Source: Callorhinchus milii (lineage: Eukaryota). Taken from it: DNA of 64,000 nt. A program made the translations under genes and the position numbers. The DNA lies in contig NW_024704743.1 of the NCBI RefSeq assembly GCF_018977255.1, positions 54,004,001 to 54,068,000 of the forward strand, written 5' to 3'. The notes beneath the pieces are model-generated. The model was not told where the DNA came from and did no database searches. It saw nothing but the letters and a program-made list of their open reading frames with translations. Positions 36,801 through 48,800 of this stretch are shown here, piece after piece; within the stretch, counting starts at the first letter, position 1, and each line of letters starts with the position of its first letter.

Positions 36801-39800
36801 TGTTTGAGGCTAGGAAGTTTCAGACATACAATGTACTTGGATCTATAAAGGAAAAAAATCATTTACATTTAATTGGGTCATTTTTTTCTAAATCAATCGT
36901 TTTCACTAAAGATCAATACATGCAGAAATAGCAATAATAGCTATAGCCATTAGCACGTAACAAAGCACACAGTCACCTGAACAAAATGTCCTGTAATGAT
37001 TTTGAATTATAAATTAAGTGCTTTGCATGAAAGGCTATTTTAATGGATCAATGCCCACCCACTGATCAATTGCCTTGTATTATTTAAATGATCTAATTTC
37101 AAACATATTTGGAGCGAGACAAGAAATTTAGGGTAGACAAAGAGAGCACGAGAGTTTAAAATGTTGTGAATATATAAGGTCACATGGAACTCTCAGTCTG
37201 GCTTGGATACTCTTAAGCAAGGTAATGGATTTCTGCATGTGCCAGGCACTCGGCTGACTCCCAAAAGAGGTTAAAGATATATTGGTGAACTTTGAAGAGG
37301 AGCAATTTTGGACAGGGTATTGGGAGAACTCTGCTCTTCTTTGAATCAATGCCATGGGATATTTACAAGAGTATTTATTGTCTACCTGAAACGTCTCAAC
37401 AGGGAGACAGAACCCCTGACAACCCAGAGCTCCCTCGCGCTTGCATTTGAGTGCCAGCCTTGATTAAAAAAATCAGTCCTCATGTTGGGATGGAACCAGT
37501 GAACCGTCATTCAGAACTCTGCAGCTCGTGTACTGTCCCGCACCAGGCTTCGGGACCACATCACACCCACCCTCGCTCGCCTCCACTGGTTCCCCATCCT
37601 CCAGAGGGTTGATTTCAAGATCCTCATCCTCACCTATAAGGCCATCCACGGCCTTGCTCCCTCCTACCTCTCTGACCTACTATCCCCCTACCTACCTGCC
37701 CGTACCCTCCGTTCCTCCGGCTCCGGTCTGCTCCACGTCCCCTGCCCCAATCGCCCTACCATCGGTGGTCGGGCCTTCAGCCTCTCAGCCCCCAGGCTCT
37801 GGAACTCCATCCCCCAGTGCCTTCGCCGCTTCCTCCCTCTCCTCCTTCATGGCCGGTCTCAAAACCTTTCTCTTTGACCGTGCCTTCAGCTCCCCTCTTG
37901 ACTCTCTTCCCCCTCCTCGCTCCCTCCCTTCCCTCCCCTCACCCTGACCATTTCCCCCCTCCTCGCTCCCTCCCTTCCCTCCCCTCACCCTGACCATTTC
38001 CCCAATGCTCGGGTCCTGACCCAACTGTGCAGCGCCTTGGGACGTCCTCCTGACGTGAAAGGCGCTTTATAAATGGAATCTTGTTGTTGTGTTGTTGTTG
38101 TTTTGACCTGGAGACCAGAGTGCTACCAACTCAGCCAAATGGATATTATCAACTAGCAGTAGCTTTGGCAGGTTGAAAAGGAACTTAAGTGTCAATAACT
38201 GTAAATAGTTGGGATTATAGTATAAGAATCATTAGTATTGATCATGTAGTGAATAAATGAATTAAGTAGAATGAACTAAAGAAATAAAAACTGCCATGTG
38301 ACACACACACACAGTCCTAGTAAAGAGGCACCGAGCTAGGAGGAGTACACTGGAATATGACCCATGGCCAGGGAAGATAAGGATAGCTGGATCTGGAGGA
38401 TGGATGGTAGGCCATCTGCACTTACAAGGGCATGTGACCTACGGGCAGCAGAGATAGGAACCTGGGATAATTGGACCAGGAGAATGGATGGGATACAAAC
38501 TAGCAATTAAAACCGAGAAAAAGCTTAAAGTGAGCAGGTCCCATGGACAGAGTTAGAAAGAAGGACTGAACGTTCAGGGACATAGAGTCAAGTGGTTTGG
38601 TCAGGCTAGATAAGATGGAATACGTGGAGTTTTTTTTTTGCAGAAGATATACTAGCTGGTACAAGGAGAAACAACTTGAAGATATGGAAAGAATGCCAGG
38701 GAAAAGTGCAGAGAGTGGGAAAGAAGTCATGGGAAAAAAAGTTAGAACACAGATGGCTGGTGAATAAGGGTATAAAAATCGGTAGCCAAAACTAGAGGTT
38801 TTTTTTGGAGCCTCTGAGGAGAGGAAGGGGATAAACCTCTATGTAGAGGAAGAAGAATGCCTTTGAGGGAAAGAGGACAAGTCCAGCTGTCGCCGGAGTG
38901 GACCACCAGAGATGTTTACAGCCAGAAGCAAGCCAGAGACGTTTGCAGCCAGCAGCTCACCAGAGACAGTGTTTAACTTTTGTGCCAGCCTTAGAACTTC
39001 ATCATGATTTCCTGCCTGCTTGGTAGTATCGTTCTTAGTTAATAAAATACTCACCCAACATACATACAAAACAAAGAGATTATTTAGGCACATTTCATAT
39101 GTCACATAATTTTTTATATATATGTTTAGAATTTTAGTTGAGTGATTCTTGTTAAGATAGTGCTTTAGTAGTCATTTAAGTAATGATAATGCGTCAGGTG
39201 TAACGTGATGCTTATGCTTGTGTGATTTTATAATTGCTAATAAAACGTTTTAATAATATCCCTGGTGTGGTTTCTGACAAATGCTTAAACCCAATTTCAC
39301 ATAAGGATCATATGTGCATTACTTTGTGTATGGTATCATCTAATAATTGAACTGCTTTTGTATTTTACGTATAGATACAGGACAAAACTCAAATGTAAGT
39401 ATAATTATTATTAAAATAATAGAATAAATGAAAAAGAAAAGTCATAGAAGCAGGGAATTCCAGGAACCAGAGTTGCAGGACGTTTGGGTATCAACTCAGT
39501 TCAGGGGGAAACTCATGTCACAGCCTAGGCTAACACTTCAGTGCAATTGGGGGAACACTGCAATAAAGAACATACTGTGCTCTGTAGGAAACAATTGCCT
39601 GATCAGATTCAAATCCATGACTCTTCAGAAAAAGATGGCACCATGGCCAACAACCCATCAGATAAATTGGTCATTCATCTCATAGCTGTTTGTAGGACAA
39701 AGTAAGGCTGCCTGACACGTTGGCCTACACAATCAGACTCGACAGTAATTACTGTAAAGCGCTGAGGTATTTCAAGGGGATAAAATGCTATAAAAATGCA

Positions 39801-42800
39801 AGTTCATTCTTGCTAAACTAAAATAGCTTCTTCCATGTATGGCATGACACTGGAATGTCAATGTCATGCTCACTAATGTGCATCTATATAAACCAGGTAA
39901 CCCTTCAACACTCACATATCAATCAGCTTGCTAAGTGGTTTAATTATAAACATTCTGAGCCCTTTAGCACTGCTGTGGGCCATAGGAGCTCACATTGGAG
40001 AGTTCCAAAACAGACAGAAACTTATACTCTTACAAGTGAGGGGCGCAACCCATTTCAGCAGTACTTCCATCACTGGAGTCGATGCATTTCATTGAAACAA
40101 AAATAAAATAATCTTGACATCAGAATACATTTCTTCACAAATAGGGTTGGGAAACATGTGAAATGCAGTGCCTCAGAAAGGTGTAGAGCAGGATCATTTT
40201 GGATTCTCGAAAGGTGAAAAAGCATTTACGGCACACAGGAAGTGATGTTAGCAGTGACTTAATGACCTGGAAGTTTTTTTTAAAAAAATGACTTACGCAC
40301 AGGATGGACCTGCTGCACCCGTGCAGTGAAATCAACTTTGTTATAAGTTGGTTTTGTCACAGTTTCATTAAAAAGATGGTTGAAATTTTATGGGTCCCAA
40401 TTACAACCTTATAACAAGATTCCACTATGGTTAGATACTTGGGAAATAAGGGTATTAACTGATATGGGGAAAAGGCTTAAACTGTCTGCTGTGATCTGGC
40501 ATGAGATGCTGAAAAATCTTTTCCTATTCCTATGTTGCAGACTGATGAACATGTAACCATATTCTGGTTTATCTACTTCATGCAAATATGTAGAGCCCCA
40601 TGACATTTTTTGTAATTTTTATAAATGTTCATTTTATTTTTCAGGAATTTTATGTTATTTCACTTTATCCATTAAAAATATTGTTTTATTTCTATTTATT
40701 ACATTTACATGTAGAGGGCTATCAAAATGATTGAAGGAATGAAGGGACTGGACTTTATGGAGTCCTGTAGCTCAGTGGTTAGAGTACTCGCTTTGCAAGA
40801 GAGAGACCTGAGTTCAATTCCAGGCAGAGGGCGAAACCTTGGGCAAGTTTCCTTACTCCACACGCCTAATAATAATCCCTCCAAAACCAAAAACAATAAT
40901 AAATTGGTCATTTTCAATCTACGACTGTTTGTGGGACATTGCTGTGCGCAATTGGCTGCCGCGTTCGCCCACAAATATACAGTCAATTCACTTTACAGTG
41001 TGTTCTGTGAAGCGCTTTGGGACGTCCTCCCGACGTGAAAAGCGCTATATCAAATGCAAGGATTATTATTATTATTATGAGGAGCGACTGTTCATGATGG
41101 GTCTGTAAGCTCTACAATTAAATTAAAATAAATTTTCGATTGCCACATCTCCTCTGGTTTTAAAATCTTCCATTTCTTCCTCAAACCTCAGCATTAGCTC
41201 TTTGTTACTTACACTTCAAGAAAAGGAAAATGAAAAAAAAAGCAGCCAGTGGCGATATCTGATCATTAATGAAATATTTAAAGTACAATGGGCTTCAATG
41301 CAAATCGGGTGATATTAATAGCACTCAATAAAAATGCTTGTATTTTTAGACACTCTTGAAGTTCAAATCATTTGAGCTGATTTTGTGAACAAAATTCAGA
41401 CTTTTAAACTGCTGCACCACACACACACCGAGCAATGCTGCCAAAAAGCTGGATCTGTTGCTGTTCTTTAGTAATCTGACACTTCAGAAGCTTTGGCCAG
41501 CAATGCTTTGCCTACCTGACTCTTTCCCGTCCCAGCATTTCCCACCACGAAGACTGAATGCCGAACAGCCAGCAACTCCTCCAGCTGGACCACCTGGATG
41601 AAGCACAGCATTGTTGTAAAGAAGTATTCATTGGTTTTTTTACACATCAAAATAAATGTTTTTTCAAAATATCCAGAGCAGCTTCACGGAGGACAGTCTT
41701 TCAATGTACAAAACTTAAAGAACAAAACAGTGTTTCTTTGAGCCTCTCTGGAACTCCATCGCAGAGTCCTTCCCTCCTCCCTTCATTCAGGGCACATCTC
41801 AAAATGTACCTCTTTGACCACACTTTCTTTCACCTCCCCACCCCCCTCAGCTCCCACTTTTAGCTTGGGTACCCATCCAGAATTGTTAAGTTCGTTGAGA
41901 CGTCATCCTGTTGTGAAAGGCACTATATAAATGTAAAGTGTATTATAATGCATTCGGAGTCATTGAATTTTGATTTTCTCTTCCCAAACCAGAGCTGAGG
42001 CCATTCATTTCATGGCTGTTTGTTGGATATTGCGTTGTGCAAACTGGCTTCCACATTTACCTATAAAATACACACTCCATATTACGATAAAAATCCTTTG
42101 AAGCCTTTGAGACATCCTCCACCAATGAAAGGTGCTATACCAAATGTGAGGATTATTATTTTATTATATTAATTGTCGTGGCCCAAATGTCATCCCCTTA
42201 CTTGGCAGAGATTGTGATCTCTCCGCACCTCCCTGGTCTTCATAGATCAGTGCTGCTTTGTATGTTTGCCCATTGAGCCATCAGAAATGCTAAATTAATA
42301 TTATATGACTTGTCCACAACAAAGCAAAGAACCTAGACCAAAGTTGTATTGCATAGATGGAAAACATGCTTATTTTAAGGCAGTCGATTTCATACCTTAA
42401 GGATAAAGCTTTCTTCATGCTGTAAACTGAGCTCCAGGGTAGACTGTCTAACCAAATCTTCAAATTGCATGTCTCGTTTTCTGGGAACATCCAGGGCAGG
42501 AAACAAATCCCCAATAAGCCCCATAAAAATGGGGAAATCGTCTGTCACAATCTTGGGCAGGTTGAAGTCCCTTAAAGCTCGCATTAAGACCTTGGCAAAA
42601 AGTTTTTTTTAATTATCTTTTCTGTTTAAAAGGCAGTGTCTACAAGCACAATTTTCTTTGAGAATCTTAAATAAAAAGTCTTAAAAGATTTGAAATTTTT
42701 TTNGGAGGGAGGGGTTGGTCTGAAACATGCAGAAACCGAACACCATGCTTTAAGCGTTGCCAAACAGGACAGAGTTCCACACATGTATGCTACCTACACA

Positions 42801-45800
42801 GGAATGCAATGTGCACTCTCTCCCTGGAGGAATGCATCCTGTTCACTTAATTCTCGAGAGTATTAGGTACAGATTGGCAAGAGCCTAGGATTGGGCACCC
42901 CAGAATTATTAAAAACATGATGAGGGTTAAGAATATACTGTAACAATGAACAGTTCAGTTGGAATGGTACCTGATTCTCCGGCCTATTCTTGTCTCCTCT
43001 CTTAAGGGAGCCGGCAACAACTAAAACAGATTTCACTGCACGAAGGCCCCAGTCATAATGTTCCTTAACAAGAAATAAAGTGATTCTTATGAGCAACATG
43101 CAACAGTGTTAATACTGTTTTCTGGCTAACAAATGGGAATGGGATGATCAGGCCTTTCCTTTTATTTAAGAAGGAAACATTCAACACAACGATTTTTTAG
43201 CAATCATCGTAAAACAGATCCAAATGAGTAATAATAATAATAATAATCCTTGCATTTGATATAGCGCTTTTCACGTCGGGAGGACGTCCCAAAGCGCTTC
43301 ACAGAACACACTGTAAAGTGAATTGACCGTATATTTGTGGGCGAACGCGGCAGCCAATTGCGCACAGCAATGTCCCACAAACAGTCGGGATTGAAGATGA
43401 CCAATTTATTATTGTTTTTTGGTTTTGGAGGGATTATTATTAGCCGTGTGGAGTAAGAAAACTTGCCCAAGGTTTCGCCCTCTGCCTGGAATTGAACTCA
43501 AGCGAGTGCTCTAACCACTGAGCTACAGGACTCCACAAATATAGCCTTTCCTCTTATGGTGACAACAATTTGCACTTATTTTAGCGGCCTTCACCTAGGG
43601 AGCATATTTAATAATAATAATCCTTGCATTTGATATAGGGCCTCATCACATCTTCAAGGTATCTCAAAGCATTTCACTGAATATACTGTAAACTGAATTG
43701 ACTGTATATTTTGTAGGTGGAAAATATACACTTCAAAGCACTTTAGAGACTGAGTGGGAACCTGAGCTGGGAGGTAGGTAGAAGGGATAGAGGCAGGTGG
43801 CTTAAGGCATAAAGAGATTGATCTTTAGAGGAGTTTGAAAGCAGAGAGGGAATGGGGTGAGATGGAGAGATTAGGGAAGAGAGTTGCAGAGGGCTCGAGC
43901 AAAGTGACTGAAAGCTCACCTGCCAACAGTGGGGCAAAAGTGGGTGGAGGACATGAAACAAGCTGGAGGTGGCAGAGTGGAGAGAGCTGAGGAGGGCAAT
44001 GTTACAGAGATGGAGGAAAGCAGACTTGGTCATAGCCAGATGATAGGCTTAAAGGAGAGTTGAGGGTTAAACAAAACAACATGGCTTCACAGAGGTTCCT
44101 GAGTTGCAATGAGGAATTGAGGAGGTTCATATGGTTAGTGAGGTGAGGAGGGGCTGATGGGAGATAAGCAGAATAACCTCAGTTTTGTCAGTGTTGGGAC
44201 GCAGAAAATTCATAATATCAATTTACACCATAGAATATCAAAACATGGAAGGGAATCTTAATATCAATAGTCTAAGTACAGTACGGTGCAATCCTTTCTT
44301 TGTTTGAATTCATGTCTTAAATAGGCTGACCTTTAATTATGTATAATTACTTCTAGGATGAATGGTAAGTAATATTAAACATGGGAATTTTAATCTTTAT
44401 TTAACTCCCTGTTTAAAACACAGTGTTGTGGCTATTCATCAGCTTTAGTGATGTTCACTCACTACTTTTGATTTTTCTTGCCAATGTTTCAAAGGAAACA
44501 TTTTTTGGACTATTTCAGATCAAGCAATAATTTGGACCTATCAAAATTAGATTGTGTCACTTGACCTTTAACTGATCTTGCTTCACTTCATATTACCTGG
44601 TAATGGGATATTTAGCCATCATCACATACAGGCTTAACCGTAGCAACCATAGTAAGGTAACACCCACAATTGAAGTGTCAGCCTGGCTCAATTGGTAGCA
44701 GTCTCGCCTTCAAGTCAAAAAGTTATGGGTTCAAGCCCCATGTCGGGATTTGGAATCACATAGTCTAAGCTGACACCCCCAATGCAATGCTGAGGCTGTG
44801 CTGCTTTGTTGAAGGTGCCATCGTTTGATGAGACATTAAACTGAGGCCTGTCTGGCTGTTCAGGCAGAAGATAAAGATCCCATGGCACAATTCGAAAAGA
44901 GAAGGGAGTTTCTCCTGGTGTCTTGGACAACAATCACGCAAATAAATTAGTCTTTCACTTTTTATGGCTGTTTGTGGGACATTGCTGGGTGCAAAATTGG
45001 CTGCTCTGTTCGCCAGGAAACACATAGACACTGCACTATAAGTACATCCTGTGAAGCGCTTTGAGACGTCCTCCTGACGTGAAAGGTGGTACATCAAAGG
45101 TAAGGATTATTATTATTATTTATTTCAGAGGTTTCTGTGAAACAATAAACATCAATCTTGAAAGCAGTACATCAACAAAATAAGTGGATTAAGAAGATAC
45201 CTGTTTTGAAAGCAGTTCTTTGCAAAGAGTGTACAGTGTAATGAATTTCTGGCCAGCAGCTTGGCATCTAAGAACCCTTCAGCAACCAGCATAATCTCAC
45301 AGATCAGCTCGATGTCAGGGACAACCATTGCACAAGGCCTAATAAAGCAAGCAAGATATGGTTGACAATCGCATTGTAAATTAGGATCCTGAAATTAGAT
45401 AAATTAATTTTAAGGTTAAGAAAAGTGATATCGATGAACACATATTGCACAAGCTCTCAGTACAGGAGTCGGTGAACTTGTGCAGACAACGTTTCTTTTC
45501 TGACATTAAAATTGGCCACTGACGCAGTCCCCCTTCAGCCAGTAAAAACAATGAGAAAGACTTTTTTTGTTGCCTCCAGAGGAACACAGAAGTGCATCTC
45601 ATGGTGTCTTATAACCCTTGCACTTGTATTCACATGTCTTTATATATAATATATGTATGTGTGTGTGTGTTTCCATATATCCAGAAGTTGCTTAAAATCC
45701 CATAGCACAACTCAAAATGAGAAGGAGTTTCTTCCAATGTTCTAGACAACAATTCCCCAACTGAAATTGATCATTCATTTCATGACTGTTTGTAGGACAT

Positions 45801-48800
45801 TGCTGTGAGCAAACTGGTTCCTTCTAAGACATCTCTTGTGACATCTTCCTGACGAGAAAGGCACTATGTCAAATGCAATCATTTTTATTTTATATGGAAT
45901 GAGGGGCAAATGTATGGATTTTGTATTCTGCTTATATTACAGTGTACATTGCATATCTTTGTGAGATGCGCAAAACCCTTCCACAAAGTATACAGTCGAT
46001 TCACTTTACAGTATATCCTGTGAAGCACTTTGAGATGTCTAGAAGACGTGATAAAGCGCCATATCAAATGCAAGGATTATTATTATTAACATGTTAGGTG
46101 TACTGTTGCAAACAAGGTTTCTTTTTCTCCTCGCCAATTTACAGAGAGTCAGATGGGCTAGTCTGGCTGTCACTGATGATCAAGGGAGAAATCACCCACT
46201 GGAACACTACAATCAGTCACAGTGCTGGTATAGAAATAACCCATTCCACTTACCTGAAAAGAGCCTTAAGATTTTCTGGCAGCTCTGTTCGACCAGCATA
46301 TCCCGGGTTCATGGTTATAAATATTCCAACAGCAGGTTTGAGAGAAATCTGTTCTCCAAGAAACAGAAATCTGGACACAAAAGTAAAACACATTGAAATT
46401 TCTGAATGGGTAACTATTTGTAAATCACAATGTTCACCATCGGCAGTTAGGTTTTCAGCCTCTCTGCCCCACACTTTGGAACTCCATCCCACAGTCCCTT
46501 CACCTCACCCCATTCCTTGCCTCTTTCAAGGCACGTCTCAAGACCCTCCTCTTCGTCCACGCCTTTGGCCACCCTTCTATCCCTACCCTCCTGATCCCTA
46601 TCCCCTGCTTGAGTCCAAATCCCTGACTACCAGTGCCTTGGGACATCTCCCGACATAGTGGAGTCCTGTAGCTCAGTGGTTAGAGCACTCGCTTTGCACG
46701 TGAGAGACCTGAGTTCAATTCCAGGCAGAGGGTGAAACCTTGGGCAAGTTTCCTTACTCCACACAGAGCCTAATAATAATCCCTCCAAAAAACAAAACAA
46801 TAATAAATTGGTCATTTTCAATCTACGACTGTTTGTGGGACACTGCTGTGCGCAATTGGCTGCCGCGTTCGCCCACAAATATACAGTCAATTCACTTTAC
46901 AGTGTGTTCTGTGAAGCGCTTTGGGACGTCCTCCCGAAGTGAAAAGCGCTATATCAAATGCAAGGATTATTATTATTATTATGACAGGCGCTTCACAAAA
47001 GTAAATTGTTGTTGTTCTTATGCGCTCACCTCTTTTTCTTATTTTTAATGGCGTCCTGTATGGTTTTGACCTGTACTGCTACAACAGACAGAACTTCCAC
47101 AGAAATCCGATTGAACTCATCAAAGCAGCCCCAAGCTCCAGTCTGTGCCAGGCCTTTGTAGATGTTTCCTATTGACTGTACAGCACATAAATTTAATTCA
47201 CAATCTATTTTTCCTGTGAAGCAGAAGTACTGCAATACTGGCTGGCAAACCTACCTTGTAATCCATTTGTTCAGAACAGTTGAAGACGTAGACCATCACA
47301 CCAAGAGCACGGCCAAGATCCTTGGTGGTCTCTGTTTTGCCTGTGCCAGCGGGCCCCGCAGGAGCTCCACTCATTGTCAAGTGAAGAGACTGTGTGAGGG
47401 TGATGTAGCATCTACAAACAACAAGCAATCAGGAATGCTCAATCAAACAATTATTTTCTACAAGTATAGTCCTGGAGTTCTGTAGCATAGTAGTTAGTCC
47501 CATGACACTTGCCTTACAAGCGAGAGGAACTGGGTTCAATTCCTGGGCAGGACAAACTTTAGGCAAGTTTCCTTCTGTTTACCGAGCATTAAGTAGGAAC
47601 CTGGTTGTTAATCGATTGGCGGATCGCTTTTCTGGGGGGAATAATCCTTTACATTTTTTTTAAAAAAACAGTAATTTAGTCATGTTTGTGGGACACTGCT
47701 GTGTGGAAATTAGCTGTTTTGTTCGCCTACAAATACAATGTTACTGTACTTTATAGTAAACTTATGTCAGCTTGGCTCAATGGTAGCATTCTCGCCTCTG
47801 AGTCAGAAGGTTGTGGGTTCAAACCTCACGTCAGGACTTCGAATCACAAAGTTGAAACAGACACTCCAATGCAGTGCTGGGGGTGTGTTGCATTACCGGA
47901 GGTGAGATTTCTTCAGATGAGATGTTAAACCAAAGTCCCGTCTGCCCATTCAGGTGGACGTTAAAGATCCCATGGCACTATTCAAAAAGAGACAGGGGCT
48001 TCTCCCAGCAGTGTCCTGGCCAACAATCCCCCAAATAAAATCGGTCATTCTCTTCACAACTGCTTGTGGGACACTGATGTGTGCAAAATTGGATGCCATG
48101 TTTCGCCCCCACAAAATACAGTCAATCCACTTTACAATATCTCCTGTGGAGCGCTTTGAGACATCTCAATCACATGATAAGGCAATACATCAAATGCAAG
48201 GATTATTATTAAACTTTGTGAAGCACTCTGACATGTTTCAACAGGATATCCAATGCAAGAATCGTAACTTATTATAATATTATAATACATATATGTTTAT
48301 TGTATATGTTGATTATGAATCCCTCAGACATGTTATATATTTGTTTTAAAAACAAATTATATTACAGGGCTCCTGCAGGGAGCAGATTCATTCATCAAAC
48401 ATGTATTTCATAACAATCTCCAATACTCCTGTGAGTGTGTCCATTGCCTCTCACTAAATACATGCTGCTTTCGGACTTGTTGTGAGCCATGGGCTTCGAT
48501 CCCCAGCCTCCCCAAAGCAGTCTTGCTACTAGTGATTACTTTCAAGGTGAGTTATTACTAAAGAAACTATCAAGGCATTTCTCAAGGTAGTTACATACCA
48601 TTCAAACCACTACCCTATGAGTCCCTGTTTATTTGAATAAGGTAAGATACAAACTTTAGTCATTGTAAACTTCAGAAAAACAGTTGTGAAGGTGGGAAAG
48701 GATACCTCAGCTTTGGATATACAATACGCAATATAATACAAATTTACACTATTTTAGTGCCTTTCACATCAGGAGTACCCAGTCAATACTTGCTATAGTA

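Noticed and set aside
43064..45200. Possible U12-type intron (donor GTATCTTC, AAG acceptor)
   Set aside because: The donor deviates from GTATCCTT and there is no CCTTRAC branch site upstream of the acceptor
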